From: Octopus bimaculoides
Taxonomy: Eukaryota
Length of the DNA: 33,943 bases
Assembly (NCBI RefSeq): GCF_001194135.2
Contig: NC_068993.1
Span: 11,936,617-11,970,559 of the forward strand
Reading direction: 5' to 3'
Below, piece by piece: positions 1 through 11,356 of the stretch. The notes below the pieces were generated by a model, which was not told the DNA's origin, did no database searches, and saw only the letters and a list, made by a program, of their open reading frames with translations. Each line of letters begins with the position of its first letter. Within the stretch, counting starts at the first letter, position 1. The translations under genes were made by a program, and so were the position numbers.

Positions 1-330
1 CGTTTTGACGTGGCGGTGCCCCTCCTTTTGGAGGTGTCTTCAGCTCTGGTGTTGGGTGCATGTCTTCTTTCACTGTTTGTGACTGTTCTAATTCAACTGT
101 GGAATGTCCCTCGCTATGGTTATTTTCCAGGAGGTTCTGGCCACACGTCTTACGGTTCATCAACCCGCGTTGTTGAATTACTTTCTTCTGGCATGCCTTC
201 CCTCGGTGGATTAGGATCCAGTTAGCTCAAGACATCATCAGGAGGAACCACGTCCGGTTTCGTCTCCTACTCCTCTACCGTTTTGACGTGGCGGTGCCCC
301 TCCTTTTGGAGGTGTCTTCAGCTCTGGTGT
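1..330. repeat. 52-bp exact direct repeat (1-52 = 279-330, period 278 bp) in a GC-richer segment; possibly the end of a tandem array running off the left edge
   Basis: cgttttgacgtggcggtgcccctccttttggaggtgtcttcagctctggtgt occurs at 1 and 279. The ORF track shows the same MAVPLLLEVSSALV start twice. Confidence 0.9.
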
Positions 331-804
331 ATCTAGTTTTTTTTCTTTCTAAACCTGCCGTGCTTATTATTGTTAGACTTAATCACCAGCTATTATGTTT
401 TCGCGCTCACGTAGCAAATCTTGTTATAAATTATTGGAATCATGCGGTGCGCGCAACCTTATATTGCACTCGAAGATGCCCTAGAAGTTTGTGGAATCGG
501 AGTAAAGTCGCATCTGGATTGAACTACGATAATTAAAGGAGCTATTATAACTTGCAGCAAAATCGATAATTCAATAGATTCTATGGAATCTATAGTTATT
601 TTCACCTCGAGATATGTTAAAATTTGTAGCTAATATTTCGCAAATTATTTCCAAAATGATTATAGTTTATTGTGAAAATATTAAAAAAATTATTTTAAAT
701 ATTATGTTTATCATTACAGTACCGGATTGAATGTTGTGTGATATTTATCTGGGTCTTTGTATTTTTAGCGTTGATCACGCCGAGGGCAACTTCCATCCAT
801 TAAG

Positions 805-852
805 TTTTGATAAAACATAATTTTGATAAAACATAATTTTGATAAAACATAA
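805..852. repeat. 16-bp minisatellite, 3 copies
   Basis: ttttgataaaacataa at 805, 821 and 837. Confidence 0.95.
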
Positions 853-1113
853 TTATAATTAACAGATTCAACTGCATGAGTAGCAAACGTTAATCAAAAT
901 ATATGCCTTGTATTAAAAGATTTTCGTGATTTCAGAAAGTAAACCGAAACCTAACGGTTATTGACTCGGTTAAAGTTAGTAAGAGGTGGGTGTAATTTCA
1001 CAAAGTTAAGAAATGTCTTTCTATGAATTTGCATGGTAGGATGAAACGATCATTTTCTCTCACTTACACTCTCACTCTCACGCTCCCACTCTCTCCGTTT
1101 ATACATATATATA

Positions 1114-1149
<36 letters not shown>

Positions 1150-2538
1150 NNNNNNNNNNNNNNNNNNNNNNNNNNNNNNNNNNNNNNNNNNNNNNNNNNN
1201 NNNNNNNNNNNNNNNNNNNNNNNNNNNNNNNNNNNNNNNNNNNNNNNNNNNNNNNNNNNNNNNNNNNNNNNNNNNNNNNNNNNNNNNNNNNNNNNNNNNN
1301 NNNNNNNNNNNNNNNNNNNNNNNNNNNNNNNNNNNNNNNNNNNNNNNNNNNNNNNNNNNNNNNNNNNNNNNNNNNNNNNNNNNNNNNNNNNNATATATAT
1401 GTATATATGTATGTATGAGCGTATATATAAATACATTGATATATACGTCCGTGTGTATGTATCCCTGTTTTGTGCCTGTAACATTTCATGATTATGCTCT
1501 ACCTATTTACATTCCCTATGTTGGAGAAATTTTGTATAGCTACATAATTTAAGAAATTTTGTCGAACTGCGCTACGTAAAATTCTATGTGGCACTTCCCT
1601 TTTTCAAGAATATAACGTATCTATTTTTTTCAAAGCATATTTAAACTACTGCGCATATTGAATATATCATATTACCCCAACACATAAAACTATAAATAAT
1701 AGTACATAAATATTGAGCTGAGAATCCTTTTTTGGGTAGTAAATGTCTAAGGCAGCCTCGGATATTTTCTCACCAAAAGGGCTTTTTCAAACCACTATTA
1801 TGTGCACACTATTATTTATACCTTTATGTGTGTTCCTTGAGATATATATTGTTAAAAAATAAAGAAATTATTTCGCGTTCTCTTAAAAGTTTATAAAATT
1901 TTTGAGATATAATATTACGATTTTCTTTTTTTTTTCATATCCTTCCACTGCGTGTAATATATTTCTTTGTTTAGAGGTAGAAATGTAATTCCAATATCAC
2001 ATGTTTTGAAACGATCGCTTCTTGCACTAAGTCTCTTCTCTCATTCATTCTTGGAAATAATAGATGCTGTCTTTTCCAGCTGTTATGTTGTGTAATCTAA
2101 ATTCTATTTCATATATCTCTACTTCTTTGATATATATACATTTTTTCTTTTTTTTTTCCATTTTGAAATTCAAAGTTATAATATTAAAACTGTATCTTTC
2201 TTATGAGACTTTATTTTTATCGTTTGCTTATACATTTTTTGTTAAATTTGTTTCGCTTTGGCTTTCTTCTAAGATTCCCCGATATTTATCACGTCTCTCA
2301 AAGTTTTACATAACGCAGTTGAATTCACTTATCCTGGCAACTTCCTTAGTGTCTCTTCTTGGTCGAAGGAACCTTGCAAAATACATAAACCCACACCAGC
2401 GTTAGAGCTGTAGGCCTGATATATTTCGCTCTGCACAATTCTAAATGCATTAGTTTCACATAATATTTTTCCTTTGACCTTTCAATTCCTTACTCATACA
2501 AATTTTAACAACTATTTGTTCATAAAAATCCTCACTTA

Positions 2539-2700
2539 ATATTGGTTCCAAATTCTGGAACAAGGCGAGCGATTTCGGGGGAGTTGGTATGCAGATTAAC
2601 TCGACCCTAGTGCGGTGCGGAATTTAAACTCAGAACGTAAAGACTGACGAAATACTGTAAAGTGTCTTACCCAGCATACTAACAATTTTGCCAGCTCGAC
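2539..2700 (-). mobile_element. tRNA-derived SINE copy, internally deleted
   Basis: gaatttaaactcagaacgtaaagactgacgaaata...tgccagctcg is the reverse complement of the head of the 14540 copy (cgaactggca...tttcgtctgtctttacgttctgagttcaaatt). Confidence 0.75.
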
Positions 2701-2715
2701 GTGTAATACTCGCTT

Positions 2716-2926
2716 AATATTGATTTCAAATTTTGGCACAATACCAGCAAGTTCGGTGGCGGGGCTTAGATCCATTAATTTGACACCAGTGTTCAACTGG
2801 TACTTACTTTATCGGCCACAAATGGACGAAAGCCAATGTCGGAATATAAACTGAAAACGTAAAGACGAGCAAAATGCCAGAAAGCATTTTCCAGGTTTGC
2901 TAACGATTCTGCCAGCTCACCGCCTT
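2716..2926 (-). mobile_element. tRNA-derived SINE copy, near full length, in tandem with the 2539 copy
   Basis: Ends in ctgccagctcaccgcctt (reverse complement aaggcggtgagctggcag, matching the 14540 head). Its tail aatattgatttcaaattttggcaca matches the reverse complement of the 30927 tail. Confidence 0.8.
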
Positions 2927-3661
2927 ACCCTTAATATTAGTATTAAAGTTAGAAGTATCTGGAAAATAAAAAAAAAAAACGGATAGAAGGAAGTAAGAAG
3001 CATTAGTAAAAAAACTCTAACATATACGGAATCAGACCTGATCCAATTGTGTATCTTCTAATTTCCATTATTGATGTCTTCTGATGAAATAATACATTTT
3101 TAGATTCTGTCTTCTGTTTTTTCCTTTTAGTTATGCCTAATTATTGAATTCATTCCGCGTCTATTTTGTTTTTATTTCATAGTTCTTCAGAATTGTATTA
3201 CTCTCAAGCAGTGCCCTATTATAGGTCGAGAAATGTTATATTAATCTAATTAATTGTGTCTAGTCTCCAAAGAAATGTTCACAATCTTCTAAGTAGGTTA
3301 GTCGATATTTCTCTCGAGACAGACCAAGTGATAACGATGAGTGATCGTAGTGTAAACAAACAATATATTCTAATACATTTCTGCCCTTGGTTACCGGTAC
3401 TGATATCAGCCACTATATTCTAAAGATTATTTATGATCAAGTAAGTTGCTAACTTATTTATTATTTATCTTTATCTCGGTGGAATACTGCTTTATAACAT
3501 TCGCTTAACACTTCTTGTATTATTGGGGTCAGCATCTTGATTGGATAAGAATTTCCCACTGTGTGGCTCTTTTGGGGATGAGTGGGATAGCCTAGGACAG
3601 ACCAATGCCTCCTGAGGGAATTTATTAAACAGAAACTGTGATATAGTATATACATACATAC

Positions 3662-3722
<61 letters not shown>

Positions 3723-4489
3723 CATATATGAGCATATCTATCCACCTATCTATCTATGTATCTAACGTAGCGCTCAGCCAAATAGTAACAGTACAATAAG
3801 TGCTAGACTCAAGTTGTCTGTCATGGTTTGTTCAACAAACATCACAAGTGAGCGTTGCATCATGGCTGTAGTCTGTTGAATGTAAAAAGTAGTAAATATA
3901 AACGTTTTATAAATCTATAAATTCTTTTTGACATTGGTTCATTAATAGGGATTTTCCCTTCGGTTCTATTTCATATTCTATCCATTTCATTCATGTAATA
4001 TCTCAATATTTGCTCTCTGGCGTTTTATTATGCTTAATGTTTCTTGATTTCTCCCATACCATATCTGATTCCGTAGTTTTCGTTCCCCATATTGTTTCTA
4101 GTTTAGTACAAATAGACGAAGGTCCAACTTTAAAATGGCGCATGAATAAAAAAAACTTTCAACATTACTAACTACATTACACGTGGACTGTATGATGTAG
4201 TATTAAGCGTTGATGGGATCTCTGGCAAGTGACATGTGAGAGGCAATAACATTTAGAGCTAAATTTGTGGGAGATAAATTGTTGCTAATGTAGGGAGAAC
4301 TGTAATCGAGGTGCATGTATGTCTTGATAGATAAGTGTGAAAGACTGGAAAGAGGCCAATTGCTTGGTAATTGGAAAACGAAGCCACTTTTAAATGTACG
4401 AGGATTAAACAATTATGGGTGCAATTTAGGGAGAGATATAGAGAGGGGGGGGAAGAGAATGGGTTAGATTAAAAAGTTTCTCTAAAATA

Positions 4490-5310
4490 TTTGATCGCTC
4501 GTCAGTGAAGGGCTCTGAGGAAAACGATTATCAGGGTTTGTAGATGTAGAGATTTCGAACGTTTTATATATTATTGCTATTGCCGGTGGTGTGCTAGAAA
4601 TAAGTTCTGGCTGATTAGATTTATATTCAATGTCGTTTCGATGAAAACCACCGCGTCCTTCTATTGTAAAAAGTATAGTATATCTGACCTTATTCTGTAA
4701 AAAGCATTCATTTCTTAGGAGAATATTGTGTGAATTGAGGAAACCTATGCCATTGTTTTCATCTGATCTACGTCTACATATGTACTAATTTATTTTCTCA
4801 TAAACTAAAGGATATTTACGCTTGATGATTATGTCTACTCTTGATTTTTTGTAATCAAGGAAATATTCATGCTAAACATCAGCCCCTCCCCCATCTTATG
4901 CTAATATATTCTGGATATTCTTCCAATTTCCGTGCATTAAAATAGATGCGTAAAAGCAACTTTATTGTGTAAGCTATATTATGCCGGCAATCATGTTGTT
5001 ACTGTTGATGTTTTGTAGGTCCTCTTTCATCGAAAGCGATCCAACCTTAACCTTAATAGAATTTATTATTGAATATTTCATTTTCCTAGCTATCTTCCCT
5101 TAAAAAAAAAAACTGTAGTGTGCAATCATATAAAAGTCTGGTTGTTATTTCTTGTATGTTGATCGACAACGTGAAGGCTTCCATTTGTTCCATGTTTTCG
5201 GTTCAAGCGTTTTCATGTGTCCATTTACTTCTTTAAACAAGCAATCGTTATACTCCAATATTTATTTTAACTATAGTGAATGAAAGATTAATAATATTTT
5301 TGTTGTTGTT
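4490..5310 (-). mobile_element. Decayed Penelope-like retroelement: post-RT linker and GIY-YIG endonuclease region, with many stops and frameshifts
   Basis: Colinear minus-strand remnants: IINLSFTIVKINIGV*RLLV (about 5230-5300; cf. IIWFNPPFS.NVKTNIGK.FL.L), KIFNNNSIKV (5049-5078, one frameshift; cf. KIFN.NT.K.SYSCM), II(Y)QA*IS (about 4810-4835), TYVDV (about 4770-4785; cf. YIG), WHRF..HT, and NQPELIS (about 4600; cf. LN.RSELIS). These are followed by ctgacgag at 4498-4505. Motifs matched by eye to recalled PLE motifs. Confidence 0.62.
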
Positions 5311-5319
5311 GTTTTACTT

Positions 5320-6400
5320 CTTCCATTGAAACGTCTCTACTCGAGCTCTTCTGTTGGTTTTCTCCAACGGCTATTTTTCTTTCTCTTCTCCAAATAAATC
5401 TCCCATGACTCGGGTATGCATTATGAAACCGATATTTGTAACAGTATCACTTTGCTAATTATAGAGATCAATATTTTCAGTGTACACTTCCAATGCAATA
5501 TCTCAGGTGAGATCCATAGCAAGAGGATTCAAATTGTTCTGTTTGTCTGCAGTATATTTTCACCATTGCTATATTCATCTGGGTGCTTACAGCGATCTGT
5601 TATTGTTGTTTCATTTTTAACGTTTCAGATTGAGTCATTGTTGGGAGAAATAATTCTTTCAGTAATCCTGTTTTTATTAAATATTTCCTTTACACAGCGT
5701 AACTCAGATCTGTTTTCATTGGGTATATGCAGCGTTTTTGTTTGGTTTTATATTTTATAGGGAATTGAAAGCATTTTATGTGATACATCTGGAATGCCTA
5801 AAAGTGAATATTTTCTCCATTACGTAGAATTATAATGCAGCAATTGCTGCTAAATATCTTTGAATATTTTGCATTGGAGTTATTGCGTGCTTTCATTGAG
5901 GACAAATGTTTTTTTGTGATTTACGGAGGAATAAGTTTTCAGATATTTTTATCTGTGAGTAATTCCTTATTTTGTTAAGTTATATTTCCGTAGTACACGT
6001 CTATGTATCTTTATATTTAGTAGCATGCTCTCGTTTGTCATTTCGTTTAGGATTGAAAGATCAATCTTCATGTTTTTTACCTTCTTTTCGTTATCCTTAC
6101 ATTTCTTTTCCCGTGCGTCCACAATAATTTTGAGATCCTTATATTTTAAGCGAGGGAAGCCGATATTACTTCCATAACAGCGACACTTTCGGCATATATT
6201 ATTTCGTTTGACATGGTGATATTGATGTACATACCAGTTTCTATTTATATTCTTCTTATATCCTCATTGGCGATATTCACGTTCACTTCTGTAATAACCA
6301 TTACTTCGCTTTCTATGACTGCTGCTATTTTAACTTCGAGTTGCATCCTTCAGGTGTACTTTCGTCATTCAATAAGACAAATTATTTCTATTATAATTCA
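5320..6400 (-). pseudogene. Long decayed reading frame of unknown origin, directly upstream of the Penelope-like remnant and possibly part of it
   Basis: Minus-strand stretches with widely spaced stops (e.g. GFPRLKYKDLKIIVDAREKKCKDNEKKVKNMKIDLSILNEM; KTLHIPNENRSELRCVKEIFNKNRITERII). The plus-strand ORFs 5416-5760 and 6213-6404 look like antisense shadows. No RT core motif seen. Confidence 0.3.
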
Positions 6401-7175
6401 ATAGCTATTTCGATCATTTAATTATTGTCATATACATGGTGTTCAGTTTAGAATCACCTAATTTAAAGCATACCACAGGTTCCCCTATATTATCAATTCT
6501 ACTTTGTTCGACAATATTTCACGGGTCTAAAAAAGACTGGACTTGGTTTATTTGTCATTTCATGTTTACACTTTTACAAAATCTTCGATAGTTTCATTCT
6601 CGACTTGAGTACTGATTTTCCTCCAAAACTATTGATTATGTGCGCTCTCCCCATGCATTTGTTTTGTATGTTGTAATCCTCTGTCTAATATTAGATTTTT
6701 AATTTTTTGTCTTTATTTACTCCCTTTTGATACAAAATTTCTTTTATATGATTACGATTATCATAGACATTTCTTCATAAAATTTGACGATACTTTTCTT
6801 CGCAAAACATTCATTTTCTGGTGCCCTCACAAATCTGCTAGTACACTGGCAGCATTTTCTGTGTTCTGCTATTTAGTTTCAAATGATGAAGTATTCGTAG
6901 AGAGAGACTTAGCTGTAATATCTTGTAATCAGAATTACTGCGCGAACGATTCTAATAATGAGTATTCGACCTTCAGGCTATCGATGCAGCTGTCTTGTAT
7001 TAGCAGGAATTGAGAAACAAATGTTTGACTTTTAATTAAATTTTCAAATAGTGAAACAAAACAAAAGTTCGTAAAAACTGGTACAAATATTCTCATTCTA
7101 CATTTTTGTACTTCGTAAGTATCAAATACAAATTGGAAATTGAGACAAACAAAATGTTTCCATTTGATAGAATGT

Positions 7176-7180
<5 letters not shown>

Positions 7181-7225
<45 letters not shown>
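7181..7225. repeat. (TG)n microsatellite
   Basis: Uninterrupted TG run. Confidence 0.98.
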
Positions 7226-7229
<4 letters not shown>

Positions 7230-8665
7230 GGTGTATGGATGGATGTTAATGATTTGGTAATGTTGGGCGTATGAGAGAATGGAAATGATTTGGGTTCTGT
7301 TCTGCTTGTAAGAATTTAAAATGTTAGCCAGTCACTCAGGTGCGTAACCATTTGCAATTATATAAATTACGTATGGTAAAATATAAAAAAAAACAAAGAA
7401 ATATTGTTTCATTTTTAACTGAATTAATTCACACAACTAATATTCTAATGCTGTATATTATTGACACAGTCGTTCTGCACTTACACTCTTTCGGGGCTTA
7501 TTGCACTCACTTCGAAGATGATTAATACAGTCGTAAACTTTCTCATAGATACTGCGTTTACACTTTGACTGGGATTTATGAATCTTCACTGTTGCCAAAT
7601 ACTTCTTACTGACAGGTATCTGAGCACCTTTGATTAGCGCTTGCTGTTGTTGTTGTTGTTTGTGCTGTTGTTGTTGTTCTTCTTCTTGTTTTTCTTGTTT
7701 TTCTTCTTAAACAGATCAAATTAAATAGGAACAAGGCATTGGATACAAATAATAACCTTAAATGACAGCATCTAACTGTATTCTATTTACTGCCCCTAAT
7801 ATTTCTTCAAAGGATATCAGTGGAGACATATTTATATACTATTTCTTCTTAGATACAAGCACCGGTATTGGAAGGATATTTTTGTTTAATTGTAACGACA
7901 ATCTCATATAATTGAGGTTTATAAAGATACTATACTACATATACGAGGTTCTTTGTCCCGTAACCTCTAAAATCATACACTTACACAGAAGCACACGCAC
8001 ACATATATACATGGATACGTACAAATGTACAAACACATCTACATATGTACATAAACTTACACACGCAGACACGCATATATTGAAACTTATTCAAATACGC
8101 CTTCACACATACACATGTTTGTGTGTGTGTGTTTCCCTGTCTGTGTGTGTGTATTATGCTTGCAATATTAATGAATAATTAATAAGCTGGCTAAATAATT
8201 GTTTTCCTAATTAAATGGAAATATTTATTTCTTCTTCCTTCACAAATTTGATGATTTACTAGACGTAATTATAAAGCAATCATATAATGAGTATTTGTCA
8301 ACTTAACGAATAATAAGAGGTTTACAATGTCGTATTTCACTCCTCATATGACAGACAAAAATAAGTGCTAGTGACTAGAGGTCGTAGGTAACTACTTCAT
8401 AATATATTAGTATAGTGTGAAATGGTGATCTCTAAAAGAAATGGTCAACATTATATGAATTAAGGTGTTTTTATGTCATCATTGATTGTGAACTAGAAAT
8501 GTTGTTGATTTCGTTATTTCTGTTTCATCTCATTGTTGTATTTACAATATACGTTGTAATGCATTTAAAATATCTCTGATTCCGACTGTACTTTTAGAGG
8601 ACAGAAAAAAATAACAAACAAGCCAACGAAACATTCACTCAGGGTCTATGGGTGCTGCATGGTTA

Positions 8666-8670
<5 letters not shown>

Positions 8671-8718
<48 letters not shown>
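8671..8718. repeat. (AT)n microsatellite
   Basis: Uninterrupted AT run. Confidence 0.98.
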
Positions 8719-8721
<3 letters not shown>

Positions 8722-9289
8722 TACAACAGGATACCGAAACTCTCACTTGAAGCAATAACAAGATTTTCCAACAATATCTGCCTATCAACTCATAACGTAC
8801 AAACATACATTTTTTTCTATCTCATTGTACCCGCCTTCTTAAACATCTGCTCCCAAAGTTAATTATGCTATCACACGGGAAATGAACATATGAAATCAAA
8901 CCAAAATGTAACGACGTTTAGGCGAATGTCCTGCTGTATTAATTCCGACATTAGCGTTCTGATTACATATATACATACACACATACATACGAGTATACAT
9001 ACATATATGTGTGTGTGTATAATACACTCATTGATACGCACGAATATTTCGTCTCTATTCTTATAGAAAAAAACAGACCCTGCTGCTAAATGTAAGGTAT
9101 AAAACATTTTTTTCAGCTTATCGAACTTTGATGCGGAACAAAAAAGTTACGACCTTCCACCTCAACCTATCACTATTGTTCCCGAAAGTTGCTTTTTATA
9201 CCTTCTACGGACTGCTTGAAGTTTACTAACGTCCTACACCTTGATCCTTGAATCTTGCTTTCAAATATTATACATACATACATACATAC

Positions 9290-9510
9290 ATCTTCGAAAC
9301 GCTTAGTTTAGAATAGGGACAGCTGATGAAGGAAATATTCTCTATGTAGCCTGTTTGTTTTCTGTGCTCTGTTTATATTGTGTTTTTCATTTTGTCCAGG
9401 TTTTTTTCTGACGTCCTGTACCCAGATATGCATCTATATATACATGTAGATGTAGGTATGTACATACATGTACGTATATATGCATATACTCACATATTAT
9501 TTGTATTATT
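9290..9510 (+). mobile_element. Interspersed repeat tail resembling a Penelope-derived non-autonomous element
   Basis: ttcgaaacgc...gggacagctgatgaagg...gacgtcctgtacccagatatgcat. CTGATGAAGG is typical of PLE terminal repeats; the family is recognised from memory only. Confidence 0.4.
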
Positions 9511-10250
9511 ACATACATACATACATACATACATACATGCATGCATACATATGCACAACTGTAGATGTTTTTTTGTACCTATTTGGCTTTATACAGGCCC
9601 TTAAAAGGAAATAACAAAAACCACTAGGGATTAGTGTTAGAGACGACAAGGTGATATTCGCTTGAGAGTTCCAGTTAAACGTGAACTAAAATGAATTGCT
9701 GCGTAACAAGTACTTAGTCGCATGCAAAATATCATTAGTTTCTTATCGTATTTGCGCAAAATTTAGAAAGAATCCATATGCTTATGCAATACGTATTACA
9801 TTTTTACATAACTCAATCACGCTACTAAAAACGTTCACATGCATCAAAGTAGCGTTTTGGCAAATAACAGTGTTTGTAATATTTATGGTGAGTGAAGATT
9901 GATCTCTTTGATATAATGACGAGGAAATTAAAGATTTAATTAAATCATAATTTATATCATTAAACTTTCTTAAAGCTAAAAATTTCATTAACCATAAGGT
10001 TATCTGAATTTAGTTTTACCGATCCATTTCCTTTGTCAGAACTAGTTGCTATAACTGCTGTTGATCTAGTCGCTGAGCTTGTTAAAGGTAGTCTTTAAGA
10101 TGGTAGTTGACGGCGTGCTGGTGTTTGTAGTAATGTACTTGTTGTTATTAGTAGTGAGTGATTATTTTTCATTACATGGAGTGCAGAACCTAAAATTAAA
10201 TTCGTTTTAATCACAAATTATCTGATCCGTCCATTTGGCTGGCTGGTCGT

Positions 10251-10265
10251 CTGTCTCTCTCTCTG

Positions 10266-10357
<92 letters not shown>
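10251..10357. repeat. (CT)n/(GA)n microsatellite
   Basis: About 100 bp CT run; source of the ERERER and SLSLSL ORFs. Confidence 0.98.
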
Positions 10358-10360
<3 letters not shown>

Positions 10361-10499
10361 TGCTCTCTCCTTCTCTCGGTGCAATTGTTTCCACAATGGT
10401 CACAATTCCAGAGATTCTGAGGAGAGGATTTTGCTTGGATAAGTTTCCCCCAATACTATATCTGAGCTTTATTCTATCGACCACATGAGTTCATGTTGT

Positions 10500-10640
10500 G
10501 TGGACGCCCCCAGACGATAAGTAGGCTAGTCCAATACGTATAAATAGCTAGACGAAAAGCGTCGAGAAGAGCGGAAGAGCGGAAGCGCAGAAGTGCGAGA
10601 CGTCGTATCCATTCACACATAGATTCAAACCGCAAGCTAA
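10500..10640 (+). promoter_or_regulatory. Candidate Pol II core promoter or regulatory patch
   Basis: TATAAATA at 10539-10546, tandem GCGGAAG (ETS-like) motifs at about 10571-10586, locally dense CpG, and a (CT)n tract about 180 bp upstream. No downstream exon identified. Confidence 0.3.
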
Positions 10641-10977
10641 TTAACATTTCAGCTACAACCGTATTCGAACCATTCTTTTTGCTGGAGCCTTCTAAGAAGT
10701 ATAACAATGAAGAAGTCAGTCTTTTTAATAGAGTTATCAAGAACTGAACTGAACTGTCAGTTAAATTCATTTTGAAATCTGATGATTACTGCGAACGTAT
10801 GAAAGCGCTAATTGAACTTTAAGAACATTACACAAGATATTTCAATGTTTAACACACTTCAGCATTGTAATTTAATTCTAAATACAGTAATAAAAAACGT
10901 GAAAACCAGACCATGTTTTAATTTTATTCAACTGATATATTATTCTATAGACACTTATACAAATTCAGGAAAGTACA

Positions 10978-11016
<39 letters not shown>

Positions 11017-11051
11017 ACACACATACACACACACACACATATACACACATA

Positions 11052-11296
11052 CATTATTTACATTTTTTACATCATTTACATTTGACGGATATTTGTCCTC
11101 ATCTTGTTTGTTGTTAACACAATGTTTCGGCTGATATACCCTACAGCCTTCATCAGGTGTCTTGGGGAAATTTCTAACCTGGGTTCTCATTTAGAATCTT
11201 GGGGTTAGTAGCGCTTAACCAGTACGCCATATGATGAGGACAAATATCCGCCAAATGTAAATAATGTAAATAATTCCTTGTCTCTTAAATTTAGAA

Positions 11297-11300
<4 letters not shown>
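11052..11300. mobile_element. Composite of two oppositely oriented fragments of one Penelope-type repeat, with a short SINE-like fragment between them
   Basis: 11074-11103 and 11233-11262 are inverted copies (29/30 identical). The minus strand 11104-11190 carries cctgatgaaggctg...cagccgaaac. 11190-11231 (agcgcttaaccagtacgccat) resembles a reversed tRNA-like head. Confidence 0.7.
11116..11161 (-). ncRNA. Minimal type I hammerhead ribozyme motif (PLE type), probably mutated in helix III
   Basis: Minus strand reads GACAC-CUGAUGA-A-GGCUG(UAGGGUAUAU)CAGCC-GAA-ACAU-U-GUGUU: helix I 5 bp (one G-U), intact core, helix II 5 bp, helix III reduced to ACAU instead of palindromic ACGU. Confidence 0.7.

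Positions 11301-11356
<56 letters not shown>

Noticed and set aside
20-50. Minus-strand CTGAAGA followed by a CCTCC-AAAA-GGAGG hairpin
   Set aside because: No GAAA after the hairpin, so not a hammerhead. CTGA(T/C/A)GA hits near 235, 3081, 3185 and 14763 likewise lack helix II or GAAA geometry.
461-473. tattgcactcg, resembling the 5' end of miR-92
   Set aside because: The match stops after about 11 nt and there is no pre-miRNA-length hairpin. Similar seed-only matches (tgactaga about 8368, tattgcac about 12685, ttgtgacc about 14329) were rejected for the same reason.
805-852. CRISPR-like array
   Set aside because: Contiguous 16-bp units with no spacers in eukaryotic DNA.
2064-2405. 113-aa plus-strand ORF and a stop-sparse minus-strand frame
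   Set aside because: F/I/S/L-rich low-complexity composition and no identifiable family on either strand.
9293-9335. GAAAC...CTGATGA read as a type II hammerhead
   Set aside because: Helices I and III cannot be formed and helix II is at most 3 weak pairs.
10474-10770. 98-aa minus-strand ORF (MNLTDSSV...)
   Set aside because: No recognisable domain or splice context; compatible with chance in a locally GC-richer patch.
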